Shown: positions 27,193-37,187 of the stretch, in pieces
Layout of the letters: each line of letters opens with the position of its first letter
How positions within the stretch are numbered: position 1 is the stretch's first letter
NCBI GenBank assembly: GCA_964626565.1
Contig: CAZVFX010000020.1
Coordinates: forward strand, 6,152 to 70,151
Origin: an uncultured Myxococcales bacterium
GTDB taxonomy: Bacteria; Myxococcota_A; UBA9042; CAIXZC01
Length of the DNA stretch: 64,000 bases
Reading direction: 5' to 3'
Notes under the pieces: model-generated
Databases searched by the model: none
Told to the model about the DNA's origin: nothing
Seen by the model: the letters and a program-made list of their open reading frames with translations, nothing else
Program-made: the position numbers and the translations under genes

Positions 27193-30100
27193 ATGGAGAA
27201 GAAGGAACAGGCAGGGCTTCACGACCGGCAACTACTGTTCGGCGTGTTGTGCATTCAGGCGGGCTTCCTGAAGCCTGAGCAGTTCCTCGAAGAAGCCGCA
27301 GCCTGGGCAGTCGATCCCTCACGGCCCCTTGTGAAACGCCTGTCGGAGCGAAAGCTCATCAGCCCCATGGACCTTGAGCTGGTGCAATCCCTCGTTGCAC
27401 GCGCGGTGATGGCACACGGAGGGGATGTGCGTGCATCCCTGGAGTCTTTCGGCGGGCAACGGGTTGTGGCCGAGTCCTTCGGCCCCTCGTTGTCCGAAGA
27501 GACCCCGTCAGAGACGTGGAACGTCTCCACCATGGGTGCCCCTCTCATGGAGCAGAAGGCGATGTCCGAGGAGACCACCGCCGAGCTTGTCGAGCCCGAC
27601 AGCATGGAGCTGGTGACCGACGAAGACGAGGGACGCTACGGATACCTCAGCCGTAGCGCGCTCTACGAACGGGAAGAGCACAGCGACACGGTGAAGACCG
27701 AAAGCGCCGAGCTGGGTCGGGGCGGCATGGGAAGGGTGCTGCTGGTCCACGACAAGTACCTGGGCCGGGACATTGCCATCAAAGAGCTACTCTATTCCGG
27801 GGGATCCACAGCCAAGGCAGGCACCCCTCGCTACGGGCCTGACTCGCCAGCTTCAGCATCCGCCAATATGATGGAGAGGTTTCTGCGCGAGGCCAGGGTT
27901 ACCGGCCAATTGGAGCACCCTTCCATCGTACCGGTCTACGAACTGGGCAGGCGACGCGACGGCACCTTGTACTACGCTATGAGATTGGTTCGGGGGAGGA
28001 CACTGGCAGAAGCAATTAACGACTGCAAATCGCTTCCTCAACGACTGATGTTGCTTTCCCACGTCGGCGACCTGTGCAACGCCATCGCTTATGCTCACAG
28101 CCGGGGAGTGATCAATCGCGACATCAAGCCCCAGAACGTGATGGTCGGGGAGTTTGGTGAAACGGTAGTCCTCGACTGGGGGCTGGCCAAGGTCGTGGGG
28201 CAGCAAGACCTGCGGCGCACCGATCTCGCCCGGAGTATTGCGGTGGTGGATGCCGGAGCCGCGGGCAAAACGGTAGCTCAGTTTCTCGGCACACCCAACT
28301 ACATGCCTCCGGAGCAGGCTTGGGGCAAACTGGAGGACGTGGACGAACGCTCCGACGTCTGGTCAATCGGCGCGGTGTTGTACGAGGTGCTCACCGGGCA
28401 ACCTCCCTTTCACGGCAGCAACGCGATGGAGATCATGGTTCGGGTGCGGGAAGGGGTTGTGGTCCCCGTCGAGGAACTGGAGCCGGACGCGCCGCCCGAC
28501 CTGGCCGCCATCGCGAACCAGTGCCTCGTAGCTTCGCGGAAGGGGCGATACCAGACCGCACGGGAAGTAGCTCACGAAATCGATCGCTATCAGTCGGGCG
28601 CCAGGGTTCACGCTTACGGCTACTCTTCCTGGGAACTGCTGAAACGGTTCATAGCCAAGAACCGTGCGCTGTCGGCCGCCGTGGGCGCCGCGTTCCTGAT
28701 CCTCATCGTCTCCACAGTTCTCATCTGGCAACAGTGGGAGATTGCCGTTGACTCAGAGCAACGGGCGGTTGCCAGCGAGGGCGAAGCACGAATAGCGCTC
28801 GGGCGGGCGGAGCAAAGCGAAGCAGAAGCGCGCACCGCAGAGGGCAAAGCCACTGAAAACGCGCGGCAGGCCAGGAAAGCGAAGGCCAGCGCGCTGCAAA
28901 ACGAGAAGGAGGCGATAGCCGCCCGGGAGCTGTCGGAAAAGAGACGCACCGAGGCGGAAGCGGAGCGCAACCGGGCCATGCAGGCGGAGGAAGAGGCTCG
29001 AATCACCCTGGCGGAGGCTTTTGTGGAGAAGAGCCTCTCCTCATCAGATCAGGGCCTGCACGCGCGTGGGGCTGCGTATGCAGCGCGCGCGTTGGAACTC
29101 ACTGAACGACCCGATGCACGGGGCCGTTTGCTGGAGTTTTCGCTGCACGCGTCATACCCGAAACTGCGCACTGTGATACCCGGTGGGGTAGGCGCGTCCG
29201 GAGGCATGGCGCTGTCTGCTGATGGAGGCAGGCTCGCGGCAGCCGCGGCCGACGGCACCATAACCGTGTTCGGCCTGGCGGAGGGCAAGGAGATTCTCCG
29301 GTTTGACGAACCTTGCGCGGTCCCTCGATCCTTGGCCTATTCCCCGGACGGCAAGACGCTGGTCGCAGGTAGTAACGACGGTCGGGTCTGTGTCCTGGAC
29401 CTGGTGCCGGGCGCGGTCCCCATATCCTTCCGGGCCCACTTCGACTCGGTGCGCACGCTTGCCTACTCGGCTGACGGAAGGGTGCTGGCCACCGCAGGAG
29501 ACGACGCCGCAGTGCGGGTCTGGGATTGCGCCCACTGGACCGAAATCTCGGCCCTGCCCAAGATCCCGGGCAAACTGTCGGCCATGTCGTTGTCCCCGGA
29601 CGGCACACTGCTGGCCACCGCGGACACAGCAGGTACGGTACGCCTTTGGACTGCCGACTCCAACGCCAAGGAACTGGCCTCTTTCGGCGGCTTTGCCGGC
29701 GGAGCGCTGAGCCTTGCCTTCGCACCGGACGGCAGCCTGCTGGCCGCCGGCGGCGCCGACCGTTCGCTCCGACTATATGACGTTGCCGGACGACGTGAGA
29801 CAATCCGGCAGGAAAACCAGGCCGGAGCTGTCTTGTCGCTGGCCTTCGGCCCCGGGGCAGCAACGCTGGCGTCCGGATGCCGTGGCGGGGCGCTCAGCCT
29901 GTGGAGCCTCAGTGGAGCTGAGCGGCCTGCCATGCTTTCCGGTCACTCGGATTCGGTGCACTCGCTGGCCTTCGCTTCTAGCGGAAATCTGGTGGCTTCC
30001 GCCGCAGGTTCAGGAGATGTCCGCCTTTGGAACCCTGCCTTGAAGAAGGAAGAGGCAAGGTTGGGCGGCCACGTTGACAAAGTATCCGCGGTCGCGTTCT

Positions 30101-31926
30101 CCCCTCTGGGAAACACTCTGGCCTCCGGTAGCGCGGATGGAACGGTGCGCCTGTGGGACGCGTTCACCGGCTTTGAAATCAGCCGGCTGCAAGGGCACGC
30201 GGGCAAGGTTTATGCAGTAGCCTTTTCCCCCGACGGTTCCAGCCTCGTATCAGGGGGAGAGGACGGCGCCACTATCTTGTGGGACATCGCGTCGGGCAGC
30301 CCCTCAGCAAGCTGGCCCGGGCCGTCGGGGAAAGTCTATGCGGTGGCGTTCTCGCCCGACGGCCGACTTGTGGCCTCCGCAGATGAGCAGGCCGTGCGCT
30401 TGCGGGACACTTCTACCCGCGCATCGCTAGCGGCATTCCGCGGACACTCAGGCAGAGTGCTTTCCCTGGCGTTTTCAACCGCCGGGCGACTGGCTTCTTC
30501 GGGTGAGGACCAGACGGTGCGCGTCTGGGACCTGGCGACTGGCAGCGAAATGAGTCGCATGGAAGGCCACCAGGGCCGGGTTTACTCAGTGGCCTTCTCC
30601 CCGGACGGACGGCGGCTCGCGTCGGGGAGCGCGGACGGCACCTTGCGGTTGTGGAATGCGACCACCGGGACAGAGACCGCAAAGCTGGAAGGCCATTCTG
30701 GAGCCGTCTATAGCGTGGGTTTCTCTCCCGACGGGCAGACAATCGCGTCGGGCGGATTCGATTCTTCGGTGCGGCTGTGGGACCTCGCCTCCGGCGCAGA
30801 AGTCGCGCGCCTCGCCCACCACCAGAGCTGGGTTCTGTCTCTGGCTTATTCGCCCGATGGAAAGAGCCTGGCGACCGCAGGCGGCGACCGAGCCATACGC
30901 TTGTGGGACACTGGAACCTCCTCCGACCGGGGATGGTTCAAAGGCCATGCCGGAAAAGCCTATTCCGTCGCGTTCTCACCTGACGGAAGGGTTCTGGCTT
31001 CGGGAGGCGGAGACCATAAGGCGAAGTTATGGGACACCGGCAGGGGGTCCGAATTGTCTTCTTTCGAGGGGCACGGCGGTAAGGTGTACGCCACCGCGTT
31101 CTCCCCTTCCGGCAACACTTTTGCATCCGCCGGTGAAGACGGCACGGTACGTATTCGTGACCTGGTGGGCGGCAAGGAGATACTCAACTTCCGGGGCGAT
31201 GACCAGTACGTATGGTCCCTCGCTTTTTCACCCGACGGGGGTACACTGGCCACTTGCGGAGGGTCCAACCTTATTCGATTGTGGGACCCTGTGTCCGGAA
31301 AAGAAAAAGCAACTCTCTCCGGCCCCCAATCCCGGGTTTGGTCCCTCGCTTTTGCTCCTGACGGCAAGACTCTGGTCTCCGGAGACGGGGAGCAGGTAAT
31401 CGCGTTGTGGGATGTCGCCACCGGAAGGGAGACCGGGCGGTTGGAAAGATGCGGAGGCGTAGTCCTCTCTTTGGCCATTTCTCCCGACGGCAAGCGCGTT
31501 GCAGCCGGCTGCATGACCGATACCGTGAAGCTGTGGGATCTTACCTCGGGCAAGGCCAAGGACATCGTCATGGGCGGAGGAAAGGTGTACTCGGTAGCCT
31601 TCGCACCCTCGGGAGATGCTCTGGCGGCCGGGTACTACGATGGTGCGATCCGGCTCTGGGACGTATTGGGCCAACGACCACTGGCCGTAATGACCAAGCA
31701 TGAAAAGGCGGTAGGCGACCTCGCTTTCTCCCCTGACGGCTCCCTCCTCGCCTCCGGCGGAGTAGACGGCCACATCGGCCTGTGGCAACTCGACAACTTG
31801 CGCATCCCCGGGCCGGAATTGGCCCATCGCATCCTCGCAGAGCACAGCCTCGCAGCCGACGGCATCGCCCTGATGCCCGACCCCGCCCGAACGTTGGGCC
31901 GCTTTGTTTGGACTGACGGCAGATAG
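27193..31926 (+). CDS. Hanks-type Ser/Thr kinase + hydrophobic helix + coiled coil + 21 WD40 repeats
   Basis: GRGGMG, IAIKE, NRDIKPQN, DWGLAK, GTPNYMPPEQ; AAVGAAFLILIVSTVLIW segment; A/E/R-rich coil; WD40 repeats counted by hand. Confidence 0.93.
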   Translation: MEKKEQAGLHDRQLLFGVLCIQAGFLKPEQFLEEAAAWAVDPSRPLVKRLSERKLISPMDLELVQSLVARAVMAHGGDVRASLESFGGQRVVAESFGPSLSEETPSETWNVSTMGAPLMEQKAMSEETTAELVEPDSMELVTDEDEGRYGYLSRSALYEREEHSDTVKTESAELGRGGMGRVLLVHDKYLGRDIAIKELLYSGGSTAKAGTPRYGPDSPASASANMMERFLREARVTGQLEHPSIVPVYELGRRRDGTLYYAMRLVRGRTLAEAINDCKSLPQRLMLLSHVGDLCNAIAYAHSRGVINRDIKPQNVMVGEFGETVVLDWGLAKVVGQQDLRRTDLARSIAVVDAGAAGKTVAQFLGTPNYMPPEQAWGKLEDVDERSDVWSIGAVLYEVLTGQPPFHGSNAMEIMVRVREGVVVPVEELEPDAPPDLAAIANQCLVASRKGRYQTAREVAHEIDRYQSGARVHAYGYSSWELLKRFIAKNRALSAAVGAAFLILIVSTVLIWQQWEIAVDSEQRAVASEGEARIALGRAEQSEAEARTAEGKATENARQARKAKASALQNEKEAIAARELSEKRRTEAEAERNRAMQAEEEARITLAEAFVEKSLSSSDQGLHARGAAYAARALELTERPDARGRLLEFSLHASYPKLRTVIPGGVGASGGMALSADGGRLAAAAADGTITVFGLAEGKEILRFDEPCAVPRSLAYSPDGKTLVAGSNDGRVCVLDLVPGAVPISFRAHFDSVRTLAYSADGRVLATAGDDAAVRVWDCAHWTEISALPKIPGKLSAMSLSPDGTLLATADTAGTVRLWTADSNAKELASFGGFAGGALSLAFAPDGSLLAAGGADRSLRLYDVAGRRETIRQENQAGAVLSLAFGPGAATLASGCRGGALSLWSLSGAERPAMLSGHSDSVHSLAFASSGNLVASAAGSGDVRLWNPALKKEEARLGGHVDKVSAVAFSPLGNTLASGSADGTVRLWDAFTGFEISRLQGHAGKVYAVAFSPDGSSLVSGGEDGATILWDIASGSPSASWPGPSGKVYAVAFSPDGRLVASADEQAVRLRDTSTRASLAAFRGHSGRVLSLAFSTAGRLASSGEDQTVRVWDLATGSEMSRMEGHQGRVYSVAFSPDGRRLASGSADGTLRLWNATTGTETAKLEGHSGAVYSVGFSPDGQTIASGGFDSSVRLWDLASGAEVARLAHHQSWVLSLAYSPDGKSLATAGGDRAIRLWDTGTSSDRGWFKGHAGKAYSVAFSPDGRVLASGGGDHKAKLWDTGRGSELSSFEGHGGKVYATAFSPSGNTFASAGEDGTVRIRDLVGGKEILNFRGDDQYVWSLAFSPDGGTLATCGGSNLIRLWDPVSGKEKATLSGPQSRVWSLAFAPDGKTLVSGDGEQVIALWDVATGRETGRLERCGGVVLSLAISPDGKRVAAGCMTDTVKLWDLTSGKAKDIVMGGGKVYSVAFAPSGDALAAGYYDGAIRLWDVLGQRPLAVMTKHEKAVGDLAFSPDGSLLASGGVDGHIGLWQLDNLRIPGPELAHRILAEHSLAADGIALMPDPARTLGRFVWTDGR

Positions 31927-31932
31927 CCGTCC

Positions 31933-34038
31933 CTAAGGATCCGCCTCAACCGGCGGTTCGCCCTGAACCACTTTGTAGCGGTGGTTGCCGGCTACCTGGA
32001 ACTGCTGGATGGTGAGGTCCTGGTCGGGCCAGCGGATGGTTACTTCAGCCAGGCATTCGTCGCCCAGGCCGAAGTGCTGGACAAAGTCCCGCTGCGTGCC
32101 GAAATGCCCGTGGCCGCCGTCTACTTCCCACTTGCGGGTGACACCGTCCGGAGTGGCCACTGATATTTGCGCCCCGATGGCGGAACGGTTGGAGCCGTCG
32201 GCCCCCTCAACACTGATCTGCAGCCAGTTGCCCGCATCACCCAGGATGTTCTCGAACAAACGCACCTGCAACGTCTCGTAACAGTCGTCCAGGTACTGGC
32301 CGCCGCACCGCATCTTGGAGTGCCCCACCAGCACGTCCAGGTCTCCGTCGCGGTCAAAGTCCGCCGCGGTGACGCCGTGGTTTCTCAAATGCTCAAAAAA
32401 GTCCTCTGTGCCTACCTCCAGGAACGTCTCCGCCGATTCCTGGTGATACAAGTGGGCGAGGGTGTACGGGTAGTCGGAGGAAGCGACGTGAATGTCCAGC
32501 CAACCGTCGTTGTCGAAGTCAAACACCGTGTTGGTCATGTCACCATCATCCCACACCGGCCCGGGCTCCCCGTCCCCGTTGATGTCCGGGTGCAATTTGG
32601 TAAGCCCTGTAACCTCATTCCCCGGCCGCTCGAACCTCACGTCCGCTTCACCGGTGTTCACCACCAACTCCGCCGGGTCGGAACTGGAGCCCACATCCCA
32701 GTGCACAATTTCGCCGGTCATCAGGTCGATGAACCCGTCGTTGTTCACATCCGCACAGGTGGTGGTCGCGCTGTTGCCGGCCAAACGCCACGGCTCCCGG
32801 TCTGTCGCATGATTCCAGCGGAACGCATCCGCATCCACCTGACACTTGATCCACGTGGGCCCCGGCACACCCTCGCACTCATCATCTTCAGGGTGCAGCT
32901 TGCACCAGCACTGGGCCGACTCGTTGTCGCTCCAGTCCATTCGGTCGTCGTAGGCGTAACCGGAGTACACGGACACATTCTCGTAAGTAACCGAACCCGA
33001 CTTTCCGGACACCCCCTGCCACAGATGATTGGGGCACCTTCCATACGATGCGGTTAGCAACTCAGGCACGCCGTCATTGTTCAGGTCACACGCGGTAGAC
33101 CCCCACGCCCACGAATGGCCCAGCCCATTATTGAGATTGTCGGGCGGCAGCAGCCACGGCTTCGTTTCGATTCCGGTCTGTTTGGAGACATCGGTGAAAG
33201 CCCCGGTACCATCCCCCTTGAACAGCTTGTCCGGAAGCGGCTGGTTCGTGCCGCCCACCATGTTGTTTACCGTCCAGATATCAAGGAACCCATCCCTGTC
33301 GAAATCCACCAGCGTGACTCCTGCCGGCACCGTGTACATCCCTTCCTGCCGGTATCCGTTCTCCTGCGGCCCCAGCGAAAAAGTGCCGTCGCCGTTGTTC
33401 AGGAACACTTCAGAGGTTTCGATCACGGTTTTAGGATCGTGAACTGTATTCGCCATCACGAAATCCACATCGCCGTCGTTGTCCAGGTCCCCGGCCGCGA
33501 GCACTTCACCCGGTCGACCCAGAGTGTCGTCGGTTCCATACCTCGTCTGCACAATGCCCGACGCTTGTGTAGCGTCTTCGAATTTCCCCGTCCCCGTATT
33601 GCGCAGCAACCAGAACGACCTGTCGCCACCGGGAGAAAAATCATCCACGCCGCCGCCCCAACGAACAATCAAGTCGGTCCAGCCGTCGCCGTCGTAGTCG
33701 GTCGCGTTGATCCGGAAGCCCTGCACCGCAATGTCGATGAGCCCCCACTCCGCAGTGACTTCCTTGAAGATCTTTACCCCGGGAGACCAGAGGGTTCCCG
33801 GGTTGGGCGTGCACTCCACAGGCGGAGGCCCAACGTCGGCCTCGACCTCTGCCGGGAGGACATCGTCCGGATCCACCACGTCCGCGGGTTCGATGTCACT
33901 CGAGTCGACATCGCCAGGTTGGGTGGACGCGTCGGGAGACGAAGACTCCGGGGTCACGTCCGACGCCTCCCCACCATCGCCGTTGCCGCAGGAAGCAGCC
34001 CAGATCACTACAAACAACAAGAGTGACAACTGTTTCAT
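31933..34038 (-). CDS. CRTAC1-family lipoprotein (FG-GAP repeats + ASPIC/UnbV)
   Basis: Lipobox AASC; DYDGDG, DLDNDGDVD, DFDRDG, DVNNDG, DFDNDG loops; C-terminal VDGGHGHFGTQ...HFGLG. Confidence 0.88.
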   Translation of the reverse strand: MKQLSLLLFVVIWAASCGNGDGGEASDVTPESSSPDASTQPGDVDSSDIEPADVVDPDDVLPAEVEADVGPPPVECTPNPGTLWSPGVKIFKEVTAEWGLIDIAVQGFRINATDYDGDGWTDLIVRWGGGVDDFSPGGDRSFWLLRNTGTGKFEDATQASGIVQTRYGTDDTLGRPGEVLAAGDLDNDGDVDFVMANTVHDPKTVIETSEVFLNNGDGTFSLGPQENGYRQEGMYTVPAGVTLVDFDRDGFLDIWTVNNMVGGTNQPLPDKLFKGDGTGAFTDVSKQTGIETKPWLLPPDNLNNGLGHSWAWGSTACDLNNDGVPELLTASYGRCPNHLWQGVSGKSGSVTYENVSVYSGYAYDDRMDWSDNESAQCWCKLHPEDDECEGVPGPTWIKCQVDADAFRWNHATDREPWRLAGNSATTTCADVNNDGFIDLMTGEIVHWDVGSSSDPAELVVNTGEADVRFERPGNEVTGLTKLHPDINGDGEPGPVWDDGDMTNTVFDFDNDGWLDIHVASSDYPYTLAHLYHQESAETFLEVGTEDFFEHLRNHGVTAADFDRDGDLDVLVGHSKMRCGGQYLDDCYETLQVRLFENILGDAGNWLQISVEGADGSNRSAIGAQISVATPDGVTRKWEVDGGHGHFGTQRDFVQHFGLGDECLAEVTIRWPDQDLTIQQFQVAGNHRYKVVQGEPPVEADP

Positions 34039-34057
34039 AAGCTACCTCGACTAAACG

Positions 34058-35230
34058 TTAGATCGATCCCATCTCGCCCGGCCCGTCCAGCGCTTCCTCG
34101 TCGTGCGCCGGTCCGTCCTTGTAGTCTGCTTCGCCTAATTCCGGATGCTCAATGGCGGGGATGTAGCGACGATAGAGCCTGGAGCCGGCATGGAGCACGA
34201 ACAAGGGGATGGCGACAAAGTAGGCCGCGTAGTTGGCCAATGAGACCAGGTAGTAGGAAAGGTCTGAATAGCTTCCCGCCATGCCGGCCGCCCAGGGCAT
34301 CACCACGTTGGCTTCTGCCGTGTATACAATGCAGTTCCACAAGATGATGGCGATGCAACAGTAGTTCAGCGTGATATTGCCTAAGACGCTGGCTGCATGG
34401 GTCCACTTGAACCCGCTGGATCGATTATCGGAAAACGGCCAGAAAAGCACTGACCCAAGCACCCCGAACTGGTCCACGAAAGTGTGCCCCCAGAATGACA
34501 GGGTAATGATGCCGAACAGGGTCAATGCCATGGGTGCCGTAAACGCTGCCGCCCCCGCGCCGGACATCGCCCCGAACAGCGCGTAAATCAGATAACCGAG
34601 AACACCGCAAAGCAGGCCCACGAAGGGACTGTGCGCCCAGGTGCGGTGCCAGGGGATGAAGTCCATTCGGACGTAGTCATCCACCGGCACGAACGAAAAA
34701 TCGGGGCCGGAGAAGATGGCTACCTCGGTCTTGGCGTGGTACGGATTGTTCATCTTCGCTTTGAAGGGCGCCTCGGCGTACAGTTGCTCCTTGGGAACAT
34801 CGGGGAGCGACCGGGGCAGATGCCCGCCGCCGCCCATGGTCTGGCCCATGGTCTTCAGCGGCCCGATCTGCGCGATCACCTTCCTGTTTTCCTGGTCGAT
34901 GCGAATGGAGTAGGTGCGATGATAGTTGGCCGACACTTTCAACGTGTGGAGTTTGACTCGCACAGTCTTCTGTTGGTCGGCCGCCTCATCCACCGCTTTC
35001 GCCACCAACTCCGCAATGGGCCGGGCATCCAGATTGTCCAGGTCCGGAGTCACCGTGTATTCGTGCTTCCACAGGTAACGGCAGATGCGAAAATCCAAGG
35101 TGTCGGGAAGCAGGCCGAAAGCGCCTCCCGCCAGCAGGATAAAGGAGTTTTCCTCCAGGGTCGCCCGCATCGCTTCGGGGAAACAGGTTGCCACCGCCAT
35201 TCCGGTGAGGAAATGTCCGATTCCTTTCAT
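34058..35230 (-). CDS. YdjM-like membrane metal-dependent hydrolase with soluble insertion
   Basis: GGAGGT RBS before ATG 35230; GHF, LLPDTLDF, WHRTWAHS, GHTFVDQFG, LFWPF; about 120-aa insert between PD and HR motifs. Confidence 0.8.
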   Translation of the reverse strand: MKGIGHFLTGMAVATCFPEAMRATLEENSFILLAGGAFGLLPDTLDFRICRYLWKHEYTVTPDLDNLDARPIAELVAKAVDEAADQQKTVRVKLHTLKVSANYHRTYSIRIDQENRKVIAQIGPLKTMGQTMGGGGHLPRSLPDVPKEQLYAEAPFKAKMNNPYHAKTEVAIFSGPDFSFVPVDDYVRMDFIPWHRTWAHSPFVGLLCGVLGYLIYALFGAMSGAGAAAFTAPMALTLFGIITLSFWGHTFVDQFGVLGSVLFWPFSDNRSSGFKWTHAASVLGNITLNYCCIAIILWNCIVYTAEANVVMPWAAGMAGSYSDLSYYLVSLANYAAYFVAIPLFVLHAGSRLYRRYIPAIEHPELGEADYKDGPAHDEEALDGPGEMGSI

Positions 35231-35241
35231 TTCTCCACCTC

Positions 35242-36582
35242 CTACAAGAAGCCGAGCCAGCGGGCCACATCGGGCCCGAAGCCGGACATATTCAAGCACA
35301 TTGGAACAAGAAGGCAGGCCAGCAGATTGATGCGCCGGCTATGCCACAAATTGGGAACCATGCCGATCACCGTGGACACCGCAAGGATGATGAGACCCTG
35401 CCAACTGGTGATCGCAGCTACCAGTCCGATCATGATGATCATGCCGAAAAACGAAATCCACTTGTAGTTGATCTTCCTGGCGATCCAGATAGCCATGCGA
35501 GAGTACCAGAAAACCAGGAGGAACGAAATGGCTCCGGTGAGCACGATGATACCGGCGATGCTGAGGAACTGGGCGTAGGTCTCCGGTACAAAGAAGAGGC
35601 TGATGTTGATGGCAGCCCCACCCCGGCGCAGGAACACGCCGGGCATGAAGAAGAAGAGCAGGGTGCCGACGTAATACATCACCCTTCCTGCACCGCCTCC
35701 GATAATGAACTGCCGGTCGCCGCCGGTTACCGTGGCATGCCCGGTGAGCAGTAAGGCCGGACCCGGCGTAATCGCTGGCGTGAAGCCGGCGAAGATCCCC
35801 GCCAACAGACCCGACGCGCTGCCTCGCACCACGTCCTCGGTATACAACTCCACCGACTTGGCCACGTGTTGCGGCGGATTCTTCACCGTGGCCAGCAGAG
35901 TCAAGAGCTGGCTCGGAATGGCGAACAACCCCACAAACACCGGCATCAGCGACTGGAAGGTCGCGTCGGTGGGGATGATGGTACGATAGAAAATGAACAT
36001 GCCCAGAAGACTCGCCAGCGCGAAACTTACGTAGCCCATACAGATGGGGATCCACCCATCCAGGATTCGTTTCAGCGCCGTAGGCGCGGTGCCCGGGTCT
36101 TTGGGCCACTCAGTCATGAGCAGAAACACGATCACCGCACCGGCAATCCAGTACAGGTGCGGCCGCAGCAGGTCCCTGAAAAACACGGCCACCGGCTGAC
36201 CAAAGGTAGGGAAGAAAAGGCCGATTACCAGAATCGCCACCAGCGAGCCCACGGAACCCAGAATCACAGCCTCATGCCCCCGCCGCTCGTATAGGAATTT
36301 CTCATGCGGCAACATGATATATCGATACGAATCATCACACGGCTGGAAGAACTGTGACGAGATGGTGAACAAGAGCGAAAAACCCACCACCAACCCGATG
36401 AGGAACGAAGTCAGCAGCATCGGGTCCAGCCCCGAGAAGAAGTGATACACCGCAAACACAATGGTCATGGTGATCGCAATGACGTTGTAGATGTGCAAGC
36501 CCGGAATAAGTGAGGCGATCGCGGAAATCCCTACCCCCACCAGAGCCAGCACAATACTCATGAACAAGAGGCTAAGTTCCAT
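35242..36582 (-). CDS. DUF112 / archaeal-type TctA-family multi-pass membrane protein
   Basis: SLIPGLHIYNV and MLPHEKFLYERRGHEAVILGSVGS resemble the DUF112 signature; many TMs; TAATG coupling to upstream gene. Confidence 0.75.
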   Translation of the reverse strand: MELSLLFMSIVLALVGVGISAIASLIPGLHIYNVIAITMTIVFAVYHFFSGLDPMLLTSFLIGLVVGFSLLFTISSQFFQPCDDSYRYIMLPHEKFLYERRGHEAVILGSVGSLVAILVIGLFFPTFGQPVAVFFRDLLRPHLYWIAGAVIVFLLMTEWPKDPGTAPTALKRILDGWIPICMGYVSFALASLLGMFIFYRTIIPTDATFQSLMPVFVGLFAIPSQLLTLLATVKNPPQHVAKSVELYTEDVVRGSASGLLAGIFAGFTPAITPGPALLLTGHATVTGGDRQFIIGGGAGRVMYYVGTLLFFFMPGVFLRRGGAAINISLFFVPETYAQFLSIAGIIVLTGAISFLLVFWYSRMAIWIARKINYKWISFFGMIIMIGLVAAITSWQGLIILAVSTVIGMVPNLWHSRRINLLACLLVPMCLNMSGFGPDVARWLGFL

Positions 36583-37166
36583 TACTCACCTCCCTTGTCG
36601 TCGGGGGGCATCGTCGGCGCACCGGCTGGGATTATCTCCAACATCGAACTTGTGTTGACGGTCAGGAGTTGAAAACCCTTCCCTGCGTGAAAAGTGCCTT
36701 CAACATTCACCAGATCTCCCTTTACCGGCACCCGCTTCTCCTGCTCCAGGGTGTAGTAGATTGGGCCCTCTACCTTCACCTTCAGGCCGAACTTGTTCGC
36801 TTCCGTGCCGTCGGAAAGCCAGAAAGTGTAGATGTCCGACGCCTTGTAAGGAGTCCGGACCATCTGCGTCTTGGTGACCTTTCCTTCCACCCGGAAGTGC
36901 TGGAATGCATCCTTCACATCCAGATCAGATATCTTCGCCACCGGCGAGCCGACCATCCCGGCTGCAACCAGGAGCACCACTCCCAGCGCGAGGATGAATA
37001 ACGCGCATTTCATGAGCGTCGTTTCCTTGACCCGCTTGTCCGGGGATGTCGCGCTGCAGCAGTAGTAGCACACCTCCACCGGCTCAATGGACGCACCGCA
37101 ACTCGGACAGGGCAACAATCCCCCACCCCCGCCGTGCGCACCGCCTTCTGCTTTGGATTCCTGCAT
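36582..37166 (-). CDS. Zn-ribbon + single TM + OB-fold protein
   Basis: CPSC...CYYCC, TM, then RVEGKV...FWLSDGT...GDLVNVEG OB-fold pattern. Confidence 0.72.
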   Translation of the reverse strand: MQESKAEGGAHGGGGGLLPCPSCGASIEPVEVCYYCCSATSPDKRVKETTLMKCALFILALGVVLLVAAGMVGSPVAKISDLDVKDAFQHFRVEGKVTKTQMVRTPYKASDIYTFWLSDGTEANKFGLKVKVEGPIYYTLEQEKRVPVKGDLVNVEGTFHAGKGFQLLTVNTSSMLEIIPAGAPTMPPDDKGGE

Positions 37167-37187
37167 ATTGTTCTCCGCTCGTAGCAG

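Noticed and set aside
28110-28140. Pseudokinase because HRD reads NRD
   Set aside because: Catalytic Asp, Lys-x-x-Asn, the beta3 Lys and the DWG Asp are all present
35242-36582. Standard TctABC tricarboxylate transporter
   Set aside because: No tctB or tctC nearby and the sequence fits the divergent DUF112 type
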